Assembly: GCA_965263355.1 (NCBI GenBank)
Contig: CBDHHL010000056.1
Span: forward strand, 1,568,001 to 1,632,000
Source of the DNA: Leptolyngbyaceae cyanobacterium
GTDB lineage: Bacteria; Cyanobacteriota; Cyanobacteriia; Phormidesmidales; Phormidesmidaceae
Length of the DNA: 64,000 bases
Direction: 5' to 3'
Every line of letters begins with the position of its first letter. Within the stretch, counting starts at the first letter, position 1. The notes beneath the pieces were generated by a model. It was not told the DNA's origin, did no database searches, and saw only the letters and a list, made by a program, of their open reading frames with translations. Positions 40,493 through 50,598 of this stretch are shown piece by piece. Made by a program: the position numbers and the translations under genes.

Positions 40493-40605
40493 TGACTTCG
40501 TTCCACTCACTCCAAGGCTCTGCCTGGAGTGAAAAATGTGTGGCTCTGCCACTTCCAGGAGGCCGGAGCCCCAATTGGTGTGCGCAGCCAGAGGCTGGGC
40601 ACCAG
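40493..40605. repeat. REP/REPIN unit, copy 1
   Basis: ctccaaggctctgcctggag hairpin, gtggctctgccac, gaggctgggcacca; similar to the units at 41385 and 47189. Confidence 0.85.
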
Positions 40606-40713
40606 GTACCAGATCGAAGATCGATAAGTCAAGCAGGTATTTCAGCGATTTGAATCCCGCTAAATTTTTGTTGAAATGTGCCATTGATTGGCTGCCAGAA
40701 CAGTATTTCAACT

Positions 40714-40795
40714 TACTCCAAAGCTCTGTCTGGAGCGCTACTGTTCACTCGCTCTAAGGCTCTGCCTGGAGCGCCACTGCTGTGGCTCTGCCACT
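40714..40795. repeat. tandem REP palindromes downstream of RAYT
   Basis: ctccaaagctctgtctggag, ctctaaggctctgcctggag and gtggctctgccac. Confidence 0.8.
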
Positions 40796-40809
40796 ATAGA
40801 AAGCCACCG

Positions 40810-41343
40810 CTAATGTATTAGCGTCACCGGCACGATCCCTTCCTTTCCCACATAATTTCGATAACTCGAATATCGCCAATCTTCAGGACTATCCACATAC
40901 CCGCGTTTCACAGGATTATTGTGAATATAGTCCAACTTCTGTCGCAGCATTGCTTCAGAAAAGATCATCTTTGGATGACTTCCCTCTTGCCAAATTTGGT
41001 GCCTTTGTCCGGTTTTATAAGCCGCTTTAGCTTCAGCTAACCTTTTAAGCCAGTAGCTTTTGGATCGATGCTCTTTTAGCCAATCCACCATAGAACGAGC
41101 AGTAAAAGACTTAAAATTTCCGATTTCCTTCGATAATTTTTCAGCCGACGCAATCAAGTGTAAGTGGTTTTCCATAATCACATAGCTGTAGAGAGTGATC
41201 CGTTGTTGCTCTTGAAGGAACTTTAGAGAATCTAAAAGAATTTTTGCCAGGTTAGGATTGCTGAAAATAGGCATCCACGCAACAACAGTGCAGGTTAGAA
41301 AATGGGGGAATGAGTCAAGTACTTTATAGCGAGAACGACCCAT
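40810..41343 (-). mobile_element. REP-associated tyrosine transposase (RAYT, HUH/Y1 family)
   Basis: HFLTCT, YVIMENHLHLI (HUH), FKSFTA, IWQEG, KLDYIHNNPVKRG (catalytic Tyr), WRYSS; flanked by REP palindromes. Confidence 0.93.
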
Positions 41344-41467
41344 GGACAGTAGCTAGTAGTTTAAGCTAATGTGCCCACTGGCAATGACTTCGTCCCACCC
41401 GCTCCCACTCGCTCCAAGGCTCCGCCTGGAGCGAAAAATGTGTGGCTCTGCCACTTGCAGGAGGCCG
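41329..41467. repeat. 139-bp direct repeat, copy A (RAYT 5' end, upstream region and REP)
   Basis: Identical to 47133-47271 except one base (ctggagcg vs ctgaagcg), compared by eye. Confidence 0.92.
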
Positions 41468-41893
41468 AGGCTAAGCACCAGACGAAACGACGAGAATTGG
41501 TATGTAGAGACTGTGTTTACGAAAGTTTAGATTGGTCTGTATTACCTTATTTGTTACAGTCTATAAGTCTTGATGCAAGAGAAGAGATACAAATCCTCCA
41601 ACATCAGAGAACGAAAACCTTTGGGAGGTGCCCCAAAGGGCTACTTCCATCAAATACCCTGCAAGCAGTCAAGAGAATTTTAGCCTTTGAATCCCATGCT
41701 CTGATGGCTGTTCAGATGAGACCGTAGATTGTTGTGGTTAAATGCCTCCACTGGCTCAATGCATTGGACACTAACAATATCAGTGATTTCAGGTATTTTT
41801 ATTGCAAAAAAAATGTGGGCAATATTTCGAAAGATTAGCTGGGAATATTGGGTCTTGGCATATCAAGCCGCATTTACCTATTAGTATCGCTTT

Positions 41894-44800
41894 ATGAAAT
41901 TGTCTAATTCCTTGGCTACAGTCACTTCAGTAGTTGCACCACCAGATGTAGTATTCAGAAAAAATCCTATTTGCAATTCTATTGTTATTTTTGATAGTCG
42001 GGTGGATGATCTGCCCCACCTGTTGAATGGGCTGAAGCCAGGAATACGGTCCCATGTGCTTAACCCAGACCAGGATGGCGTTGAACAAATTAGTGAGCTG
42101 TTGCAACAGCAGCCGACGGCATCGCTGATGCTGGTGGGACATGGGTTTCCCGGGGGGCTCCAGCTGGGGGCTGGAACCTTAGACCTGAGCAATGTGCCAC
42201 GTTACGCCAGTCAGTTAGAGACTTGGTTTACGGATATTAAAGCGCCGCAATTAACCCTGCTGGCTTGCCATAGTGCTGCTGGGGATGGTGGAACGGAGTT
42301 TATTGAGCAGTTGGCGACACTGACAGGTGCCGAGGTGATCGCCAGTGCTAGCACTGTCGGCAATGGCCAGTGGCCCACAACGGTTGAGCAAACCTTTGAA
42401 TCGTCTGCATTAGCCTTCTACAAGGCTACACTCGGAGTGATCTTCAACACCGACTTTAAAGATGGCCGAGGCGGTATCAACGAACTGAATAATGCGAGCA
42501 GTGTTACAGTGAGTCCCGATGGCAAGCAGGTATATGTGACCAGTGCTGAGGACGATGCGCTGACAGTGTTTGACCGGGATGCGGCCACAGGAACCTTGAC
42601 CTTCAAAACCTTTTTCAAAGATGGTCGAGATGGCGTCAACCGACTGGAGGTGCCAAACAGCGTTGCAGTCAGTCCCGATAACAAGCAAGTTTTTGTGGCA
42701 GCCTCATCTGATGATTCGCTGACGGTGTTTGACCGAGATGCGGCCACAGGAACTTTGACCTTCAATACTTTTTTCCGAGATGGCCGAGACGGCGTCAACC
42801 AACTCGATGGGGCAACCAGCGTCGCAGTGAGCCCTGATGGCAAGCAGGTGTTTGTGATCAGCTTCATAGACGATTCACTGACAGTGTTTGACCGGGATGC
42901 CACCGCAGGAACCTTGACCTTCAAAACTGCCTTTAAAAATGCCCGAGGCGGTATCAACCTAATGGACCGTCCGGAGGACGTTACGGTCAGTCCCGATGGC
43001 AAGCAGGTATTTGTGGCAAGCAGTTGGAGTCATTCGTTAACAGTGTTTGACCGGAATGCGGTTTCAGGAGCTTTAACCTTCAAAACTGCCTTTAGAGATG
43101 GCCAAGGCGGCTTTAACCTACTGCGCAGTGCAACCAGCGTCGCAGTGAGTCCCGATGGCAAGCATGTGTTTGTGGCTAGCTCAGGTGACGATTCACTGAC
43201 GGTGTTTAATCGAGATGCTGATTCAGGAACCTTAACCTTCAATACCGCTTTCCAAGATGGCCAAGGCGACGTCAATCTGCTGGACCGTGCATATGACGTC
43301 ACAGTCAGTCCCAATGGCCAGTATGTATTTGTGCTCGGTCGATCGGACAATGCGCTGACGGTGTTTGACCGGGATGCGGACTCAGGAACCTTGACCTTCA
43401 AAACCTTTTTCAAAGATGGTCGAGATGGCGTTAATTTACTGGGTGGGGCAACCAGCGTCGCAGTCAGTCCCGATAGCCAGCAGGTGTTTGTAGCCAGCGT
43501 AACCGATGATTCGCTGACGGTATTTGACATTGATAACACCGCTCCCACAACTACCAGCTTCACCCGCAAAACCCCCAACGACGCCACCACCAACGCTGAT
43601 ACCCTTACCTTCCTCGCCACCTTTAACGAAGACGTCACAGGTGTTGACAACAATGATTTTGCAGTTACTGGCCTCACGGGTAGTACTCTTGTAGTCACTC
43701 AAGTTACCGCCTTGACTTACGACGTCACTATCTCCGGTGGAGATTTAGCCAGTTTCAACGGCGAGGTTGGCCTTAATTTTGTCGCTTCACCCACTATCAC
43801 TGATATTGCAGGTAATGCCTTACCCAATACCGAACCGGTCATTGATGAAACCTATACTCTTGAAAACATTGCTCCTGTTTTAAGTAGCTTCACTCGAAAA
43901 ATCCCCAACGACGCTACCACCACCTCCGACATCCTCACCTTTCTGGCCACCTTTAGCGAAGACGTTAACAACGTAGACGCTGCCGACTTCATCGTCACTG
44001 GCTCCACTGCTACCATCACGGCGGTTACCCAACTCACCCCCATCACCTACGATATTACGGTTACGGGCGGTGACCTGACTGACTTGAATGGCACGATCGG
44101 TCTGGATCTCGCAGCAGGGCAAGACATTATTGATGCTGCCAGCAATGCGCTGCCTACTGATGAACCGCTCACCGATGAAACCTATACTGTTGATAATGCT
44201 CCCCTACTCACCATCATTCGACGTAAAACGCCCAATGATGCTGCCACCAGTGCCGACAGCCTGCTCTTTCAGGTCACCTTTAACGAAGCGGTCCAAAATG
44301 TCGATGCTGCCGACTTCTTAGTCAACGGCACCACCGCCGCCACCATCACCGATGTCACCCAGATCAGCCCTGATGTCTACGACATTACCGTTTCCGGTGG
44401 CGACCTGGCCGACTTTAACGGCACCGTCGGTCTAGATCTAGCCGCGAACCAGGACATTACCGACACCGCCAGCAATGCCTTACCCGTTGGCGAGCCCTCC
44501 ACCGATGAAATCTATACCGTTAATAATGCTCCCCTGATAAACAGTATTCGCCGTAAAACCCCCAATGATGCCACCACCAGTGCCGACAGCCTGATCTTCC
44601 AAGCCACCTTTAACGAAGCGGTCCAAAATGTCGATGCTGCCGACTTCTTAGTCAACGGCTCCACCACCGCCACCATCACCGATGTTACTCAGATCAGCCC
44701 TAATGTTTACGACATTACTGTTTCCGGTGGCGACCTGGCTGACTTCAATGGCACGGTCGGTCTGGATCTCGCGGCAGGGCAAAACATTATTGATTCTGCT

Positions 44801-45736
44801 AGCAATGCGCTGTCTACTGATGAACCCGCCACCGATGAAACCTATACGCTCACCAATGTATCGGCTGAAGCACAACTCACCCCAGTGTCTGACGCAGCGG
44901 TTCTGGAGGTCACTCACCTAGGCAGTGCTGACACCATTCGCCTGGAAATAGAGCAGGTCAATATTGCTGAGGTTGGAGAGATTCTGATCTTTAGCACCGA
45001 TGCTACAGGGAGCAATCGTACCCAGATTGGAAATTTTTCGTTGCTAGAAGGGGGGCAACTGCCAGCGACTTACGTCCCTGGTTTAACTGTTGACAGCAGT
45101 GAGGTGACCGATGGCAGATACCTGCAGTTCGAGCTGATTGTCGAGGGTGTCATCCGTGTGGCTACCATGACTTCCACCAGCACTACGGAAATCTCCCTCG
45201 AATTTGGTGAGGGTACTATCTTCAAGGTTGAGCTATTCAATCAAACGACAACGACCAATCTGTTAGTCGATGATGCGATCGCTATCGATCTCACAGGTCA
45301 GGTAGGAAATGTGAATGTCAACTTTACGGTCTATCGTGAAGCCGCCATGGATAGTATGGTGGGTCTGTATACTACTGACTTTGCTGATGGTGGCATCATT
45401 ACCGATGTCCTCACTGGAACAATTCTGCGCCCTGGCGATGCAGGGTATCAGGAAGCCGCCCTGGCTAAACAACTGAATGTGCAGCTGACGGGACAAAATG
45501 GTCAGGTAAGTACTTTTGCGACCACCATTACCGGTGGTGGCTACCTGGCCACATTTCTAATTGCCGATGGCATAAGTCCAGCTGCTGACAATATCTATTT
45601 TAGCCATGCCGGGGTAAATGCCAGTAACAACGACCATGTTAAACTTCTGGGCGATAATATCTTTGGTTTTGAAGATATGAGTGGCCTTGGTGACCAAGAC
45701 TATAACGATGTTGTTGTTGAGTTTGCGATCGCCTAA
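41894..45736 (+). CDS. large surface protein: DUF4347, 7-bladed beta-propeller, about four Ig-like repeats, DUF4114-like C-terminus
   Basis: DSRV.D...L, L....DGV.QI, HG.PG.LQLG (DUF4347); seven V.VSPD.K.VFV....D.LTVFDRD repeats; RKTPNDA..F..TF.E.V.NVD..DF repeats; FGFEDM.G.GD.DYND.VV. Confidence 0.9.
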   Translation: MKLSNSLATVTSVVAPPDVVFRKNPICNSIVIFDSRVDDLPHLLNGLKPGIRSHVLNPDQDGVEQISELLQQQPTASLMLVGHGFPGGLQLGAGTLDLSNVPRYASQLETWFTDIKAPQLTLLACHSAAGDGGTEFIEQLATLTGAEVIASASTVGNGQWPTTVEQTFESSALAFYKATLGVIFNTDFKDGRGGINELNNASSVTVSPDGKQVYVTSAEDDALTVFDRDAATGTLTFKTFFKDGRDGVNRLEVPNSVAVSPDNKQVFVAASSDDSLTVFDRDAATGTLTFNTFFRDGRDGVNQLDGATSVAVSPDGKQVFVISFIDDSLTVFDRDATAGTLTFKTAFKNARGGINLMDRPEDVTVSPDGKQVFVASSWSHSLTVFDRNAVSGALTFKTAFRDGQGGFNLLRSATSVAVSPDGKHVFVASSGDDSLTVFNRDADSGTLTFNTAFQDGQGDVNLLDRAYDVTVSPNGQYVFVLGRSDNALTVFDRDADSGTLTFKTFFKDGRDGVNLLGGATSVAVSPDSQQVFVASVTDDSLTVFDIDNTAPTTTSFTRKTPNDATTNADTLTFLATFNEDVTGVDNNDFAVTGLTGSTLVVTQVTALTYDVTISGGDLASFNGEVGLNFVASPTITDIAGNALPNTEPVIDETYTLENIAPVLSSFTRKIPNDATTTSDILTFLATFSEDVNNVDAADFIVTGSTATITAVTQLTPITYDITVTGGDLTDLNGTIGLDLAAGQDIIDAASNALPTDEPLTDETYTVDNAPLLTIIRRKTPNDAATSADSLLFQVTFNEAVQNVDAADFLVNGTTAATITDVTQISPDVYDITVSGGDLADFNGTVGLDLAANQDITDTASNALPVGEPSTDEIYTVNNAPLINSIRRKTPNDATTSADSLIFQATFNEAVQNVDAADFLVNGSTTATITDVTQISPNVYDITVSGGDLADFNGTVGLDLAAGQNIIDSASNALSTDEPATDETYTLTNVSAEAQLTPVSDAAVLEVTHLGSADTIRLEIEQVNIAEVGEILIFSTDATGSNRTQIGNFSLLEGGQLPATYVPGLTVDSSEVTDGRYLQFELIVEGVIRVATMTSTSTTEISLEFGEGTIFKVELFNQTTTTNLLVDDAIAIDLTGQVGNVNVNFTVYREAAMDSMVGLYTTDFADGGIITDVLTGTILRPGDAGYQEAALAKQLNVQLTGQNGQVSTFATTITGGGYLATFLIADGISPAADNIYFSHAGVNASNNDHVKLLGDNIFGFEDMSGLGDQDYNDVVVEFAIA

Positions 45737-45947
45737 CCTTGAACTAGCTGATGCCAAACAGCCCCCTTGGATCGTACCTCAGAAAAAAGGGCTCCGCCTA
45801 GAGCAGACAATGTTTGGCCCTGCCACTCATAGGCTGAATCTAAGCGAACCATGGGATATACCTTACGCAGATTATATTTAGCTTGTTTTAATACTAAATA
45901 TAAGTATCAAAACAAGCATTGAGTACTACAAGGAACTTATAATTTCA

Positions 45948-46586
45948 TTAGTCCCAAGGAAGTCTGTCATTCTTGGCTCCTAATGCCCACTTATAGCAAC
46001 CACCGCCAGATTCACCGAGTCCACCATCGCAGCTATCCAGGGCAAAACATTCTTTCTTAGAAACATTACCTTGCGGTGCATCAACCCAGTTGAAGTTACC
46101 TGAATAATTCTCCATCCAATAGCATGCTGGTGTCCAAGGTGTTCTGTCACCTTTAGGCCCAATTGACCACTTATAGCAACCACCACCAGATTCACCGAGT
46201 CCCCCATCACAGCTATCTAGGGTATAACATTTGTTTTCAGAGACATCACCTTGCGGTGCATCAACCCAATTGAAGTTACCTGAATAATTCTCCATCCAAT
46301 AACAAGATTCCCAGGGTTGCCTTTCAGCAGTAGGCGATGATGCCCACTTGTAACAACCACCACCAGATTGACCGAGTCCCCCATCACAACTATCTAGGGC
46401 ATAACACTCATCCTTAGAAACATTACCTTGGGGTGAGTCAACCCAGTTGAAATTACCTGAATAATTCTCCATCCAGTAGCATCTGTTTGATGCAGCTAAA
46501 CTACTATCAGCTGACGTAAAAAAGGATACGACTACCATCAGGCATGACAGTACAAACACCATTAAAGGGGTTTTCAAGTTTTTCAT
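45948..46586 (-). CDS. secreted protein with three Cys/Trp-rich 59-60 aa repeats
   Basis: Signal peptide then three copies of CYWMENYSGNFNWVD.PQG.VS...C..LDSCDGGLG.SGGGCYKW; AGGAG RBS. Confidence 0.9.
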   Translation of the reverse strand: MKNLKTPLMVFVLSCLMVVVSFFTSADSSLAASNRCYWMENYSGNFNWVDSPQGNVSKDECYALDSCDGGLGQSGGGCYKWASSPTAERQPWESCYWMENYSGNFNWVDAPQGDVSENKCYTLDSCDGGLGESGGGCYKWSIGPKGDRTPWTPACYWMENYSGNFNWVDAPQGNVSKKECFALDSCDGGLGESGGGCYKWALGAKNDRLPWD

Positions 46587-47132
46587 TTTAGAATCAATCT
46601 CCTTGATGATTCATTGATTTGATTTATACAAAGATCGCCGTTTTATGGGTGCGATCGCAGATTCAGTTGCACCGCAACCATCCTCAATCAGGCTAAAATC
46701 ACTAGCATGTGAGAAATTCAGCAGAGTATTTCATGTTTTACTACTATGTAGTAAAACAATTCCATAGTAATCTTTTCAGTAGGACATAAACAAAGCCATC
46801 TTGTTAAAGATGCCCACCCGAAATATACCGGAATAAGTTTCTTTGACTGCGTACATAATCACGATAATTTCGCCTTAAAATTATTTCCCCTAAAATTAAC
46901 GGAAATTAATAAATGAGCTACTACTATTTTAGTAGTACAATCTTTGTGGTGCATCTGATGTCACTTTTTGAAGCTTTCCTAAGAAAAAAGGACTTTAGGA
47001 GGTTTGTATTATAAAGGCTGGGCAGTAATAATTTCTTGTTGTGTTTCTTCATACAACCCTACGGAACACTCCCTTTTCCGCCTTCTGCCTTCCTCCTGCT
47101 TTCTTCAGTCGCTCCTCTCACTCCTTAAACTG

Positions 47133-47312
47133 GCGAGAACGACCCATGGACAGTAGCTAGTAGTTTAAGCTAATGTGCCCACTGGCAATGACTTCGTCCC
47201 ACCCGCTCCCACTCGCTCCAAGGCTCCGCCTGAAGCGAAAAATGTGTGGCTCTGCCACTTGCAGGAGGCCGGAGCCTCAGGGTGTGTGCTCAGCCGGAGG
47301 CTGGGCACCAGA
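47133..47312. repeat. direct repeat copy B including a full REPIN unit
   Basis: Matches 41329-41467, then continues as in copy 1 (40493-40605) to ctgggcacca. Confidence 0.9.
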
Positions 47313-47403
47313 TGGAAAAAGTACCCCCCTACGGAATGCCATCCCTTTCCACCTTCCGCCTTCAGTCCTAACCAAAATTTCTCGCTCTAAGCCGACTCTC
47401 CCC

Positions 47404-49137
47404 TCACTCCTTAAACTGCTGTGCATAAAACTGCTCATACCGCCCCCCCTGCTCCAACAGCTCCACATGGGTTCCGGCCTCAGCAATCTGCCCATTCTCA
47501 ATAAACAAAATTCGATCCGCTTTGCGCACCGTACTCAATCGATGGGCAATTACAAATACTGTCCGATTCTCCATTGCCCGCTCCAACGCCTCCTGCACCA
47601 ATGCCTCCGACTCAGAGTCGAGCGCCGACGTCGCCTCATCCAAAATCAAAATACGCGGGTTCAACAAAATCGCCCGTGCAATGGCCACCCGCTGCCGCTG
47701 CCCCCCCGACAAATTAACACCCCGCTCCCCTACCCACGTGTGATACCCCTGGGAAAACTGCTTAATAAAACCATGGGCATTGGCAATCTTTGCCGCTGCC
47801 TCAATCGCCCCATAATCCAGGTTCGTCTGCCCATAGGCAATATTTTGCGCAATTGTCCCCGAAAACAAGGTTGTCTCCTGGGGAACAATCCCAATCTGCT
47901 GACGCAAACTCTTCAACGTCACATCCCGCACATCCATCCCATCTACCAAAATCTCCCCCACCTGGGGATCATAAAATCTCGCCAACAGATTTACCAACGT
48001 CGTCTTACCCGCCCCCGATGGCCCCACTAACGCCACCACATCCCCTGGTTGAACGAGTAATGAGAGATGATTAAACACCGATTGCCCCGATGCATAAGAA
48101 AACTCAATATCGCGATACTCCACCTTGCCCGTAATCGCTGGTAACACCTGCGCATCAGGCTTCTGAATCAGGTCAGGTTGTTCTGCAAAAATATCAAACA
48201 CCCGCTCCACAGATGCCTCGGTTTGCTTAAACGCATTGTAATGTTGAGTGACTAAGTTAATCGGGTCAATCAACAATGCAACTGCCACTAAAAAGCTGAC
48301 AAACTCCTGAGGTTGTAAATTTCCTAAGGCAATTTGCCAGCCCCCCAACAAAAACAAAAACATAATACTGACCGCTTCCAAGAAACCCACCACAGGGTAT
48401 TGAATCGCCGTCAAATGTTCAGTGCGATATTTTGCAACGCGATTCTCATTGGCTACCTGGCTAAAGCGACCCACCTCATAGTCATCTGCCGCAAATGCCT
48501 TGACTACCCGAATGTTGCCTAACACCTCAGTCAATAACGACGAGAGATTAGAAATCTCATTCTGGCTACGACGAGAGAGGGCCAACATACGATTACCAAA
48601 GCTGCCAATTAACCAGGCCATCAATGGTGCCATCAAAAAGCCCGCCAGGGTAAGGGGCCAATTGAGATAAAACATATAGATGGGAATCGCAATTAGCTGA
48701 AAGACGCAGGAGATAAACTGCTGCGACATTTTGTAAACCACTTCGCCAATGCGATCAATGTCCTCAGTTAGTCGATAAGAGAGATCACCAGTTTTAGCAG
48801 AGGCAAAATAATCAATGCTCAGACGATGTAAATGGGCATACACTTTTTTGCGCAGTTCCAGCACCGCCGCCAGAGACGCACGAATCGAAAAAACTTTCTC
48901 GGCGTATTGAAACAGATTCTGAACTAAGAATGCCAGAGTGGTTAACCCCAGCCACCTGGCGATGTTAGCCACCTCACCCTGGCTGATATAGTAGGTCACC
49001 TGGCCAGCTAAATAGGGCAGGGTAATTGTTGTTAGCACGTAGCAAACAATAAACAAAAACGACCAACAAAACAGAGGCCACTGGGGCTTAAGAAACGGCA
49101 GTAGTTGCCAATATGCAGATCGTTGTTTTGGGGACAT
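47404..49137 (-). CDS. ABC transporter permease/ATP-binding protein (MsbA-like)
   Basis: TM domain, Walker A GPSGAGKT, signature LSGGQRQR, Walker B ILILDEATS, AHRLST. Confidence 0.96.
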   Translation of the reverse strand: MSPKQRSAYWQLLPFLKPQWPLFCWSFLFIVCYVLTTITLPYLAGQVTYYISQGEVANIARWLGLTTLAFLVQNLFQYAEKVFSIRASLAAVLELRKKVYAHLHRLSIDYFASAKTGDLSYRLTEDIDRIGEVVYKMSQQFISCVFQLIAIPIYMFYLNWPLTLAGFLMAPLMAWLIGSFGNRMLALSRRSQNEISNLSSLLTEVLGNIRVVKAFAADDYEVGRFSQVANENRVAKYRTEHLTAIQYPVVGFLEAVSIMFLFLLGGWQIALGNLQPQEFVSFLVAVALLIDPINLVTQHYNAFKQTEASVERVFDIFAEQPDLIQKPDAQVLPAITGKVEYRDIEFSYASGQSVFNHLSLLVQPGDVVALVGPSGAGKTTLVNLLARFYDPQVGEILVDGMDVRDVTLKSLRQQIGIVPQETTLFSGTIAQNIAYGQTNLDYGAIEAAAKIANAHGFIKQFSQGYHTWVGERGVNLSGGQRQRVAIARAILLNPRILILDEATSALDSESEALVQEALERAMENRTVFVIAHRLSTVRKADRILFIENGQIAEAGTHVELLEQGGRYEQFYAQQFKE

Positions 49138-49262
49138 AGGTCGTTAGGTCAAAAAATCAAAGAATAGCCTCAAAGTCCTTCTCACTGGGGGAGAAGGATT
49201 TAGGATGAGGGCAAATCTAACCCCAGCAATACCTTATGGATAATTAATTCCACACCTCACCC

Positions 49263-50468
49263 TTACTCCTCCTTCGCATCCAGCTTTTCTAGAGTCTCTA
49301 ACACCACGTTGGCAATACGATAGGACGCCCCAAAAGGACCAAATCGTTCTTGCCCGTTGGCAACACAGGCGTCTAAATAGGCTTTATCCTGAACTACCTT
49401 GACCGCATACTGGGCCGCTTCCTGAAGAATGGCAGGGGTAGCCGGTTCTGTTCCAATGGTTTTTACCGACAGACCCAGCAGACGCTCCTGGGCTTCGGCA
49501 AAGGCATAGGTAAACTGAGGGCCTGCTCCCGGAATTTGTAAAATGGGTTTGCCAATGGCCATGGCCTGATCAACCGCTAAACCAGCCATGCCTAAGACGA
49601 GATCAGTTTTGTAAACAATGTCGCTAAAGGCATCACTAAAGCAGAGAACACTGGCTACAGGGTCACCCTGGGCTGGATAGGTGAGTTTGCCTTGGTCACA
49701 ATGCCAACCACAGTCTGCGGCAATGGTTTCCAGAGACTTGAGCAAATCGGGAACCAGGGCAGCTCGAAATTGAATCTGTGGATTAAGTTTGGCAATTTCT
49801 AACGCCAACCCCAACAGCAGTTTTAGATTGCGTAGGGCTTCGGGGATGCGCGACCCAGGGAGTAACGCCACCATCGGCTGGGTGTCATCTAGCCGTAGGT
49901 CTTTACCGGTTGGTTTTAGCCGATCAAGGGATGGAATGCCACCAAACTGGGCTTTGGCCAATCCTTGTTTTTGGTAGTCTTTGGCGGTGTAAGCATCCCG
50001 GGAAAATAGGGTGAGACAGCGGGGAGACCGGAGCACTGCCTTAAGCACCATGTCAATTTTGAGCGTGCCTTCATACATGGCAGACAGAGATGAGGTAAAC
50101 GAAATAAAGGGTTTACCGCTGAGATAGGCAAAACATTGCCCGACCACATCTCCAGTGGCAAAGACTAAATCGCAGCCAGGTGCGTACTGCCGCACGGCTT
50201 GAAGTTGACGCCAGGTACAAGTGAGTAAACCAGCGCGAATATCATTTAGCAGTCTAAGGCGATTGGTATAGGTAAATCCCCCCGATGGCAATGTCAGCGT
50301 TGGTGAAATAATTGGCACGTTAATATTGCGATAGGCGTGCCCCTGACCAACGATGGGTGCGGCGGCAATATCTAACTCTGGTGCTAATTCCCGTAGACTA
50401 CGAATAATGTGGGAGGAGTGATTATCTTCTCCGTGGCCGTTACTAATAAATAAGAGTTTATGGGGCAT
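49263..50468 (-). CDS. lipid-A-disaccharide synthase-related glycosyltransferase
   Basis: LFISNGHGED, P.VGQG.AY, PSGGF, LLPGSR.PEA, G.GPQFT..FAE.Q.RLLG; ATG at 50468. Confidence 0.9.
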   Translation of the reverse strand: MPHKLLFISNGHGEDNHSSHIIRSLRELAPELDIAAAPIVGQGHAYRNINVPIISPTLTLPSGGFTYTNRLRLLNDIRAGLLTCTWRQLQAVRQYAPGCDLVFATGDVVGQCFAYLSGKPFISFTSSLSAMYEGTLKIDMVLKAVLRSPRCLTLFSRDAYTAKDYQKQGLAKAQFGGIPSLDRLKPTGKDLRLDDTQPMVALLPGSRIPEALRNLKLLLGLALEIAKLNPQIQFRAALVPDLLKSLETIAADCGWHCDQGKLTYPAQGDPVASVLCFSDAFSDIVYKTDLVLGMAGLAVDQAMAIGKPILQIPGAGPQFTYAFAEAQERLLGLSVKTIGTEPATPAILQEAAQYAVKVVQDKAYLDACVANGQERFGPFGASYRIANVVLETLEKLDAKEE

Positions 50469-50598
50469 GGGTGGACGGCAGTGGACCAGAGCTGAGCGGC
50501 AAAGATTTTGCTGAGTCCATAGTACAGCCTGGAGACCCTCAGGCATTAGACTGGGCCTGACCCAGAGATTGTCATTGCTCGTGCTGACCGGCAATCTT

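Noticed and set aside
40199..40711. N-terminal 171 codons of the 256-aa ORF call
   Set aside because: Runs through REP units, a promoter and hairpins; a better RBS and ATG exist at 40198
41371..41727. 118-aa ORF
   Set aside because: Begins inside the REP direct repeat and has no recognisable motif; probably spurious
42450..43530. Regular ~159-bp repeats as a possible CRISPR array
   Set aside because: They are in-frame coding repeats (propeller blades) with no repeat-spacer structure, and there are no cas genes in the window
45960..46485. Three ~180-bp near-identical repeats as a CRISPR array or DGR template/variable repeats
   Set aside because: All lie in frame in one ORF, differences are not confined to adenines, and no reverse transcriptase is present
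47173..48030. 285-aa plus-strand ORF
   Set aside because: Shadow of the ABC transporter gene plus REP sequence
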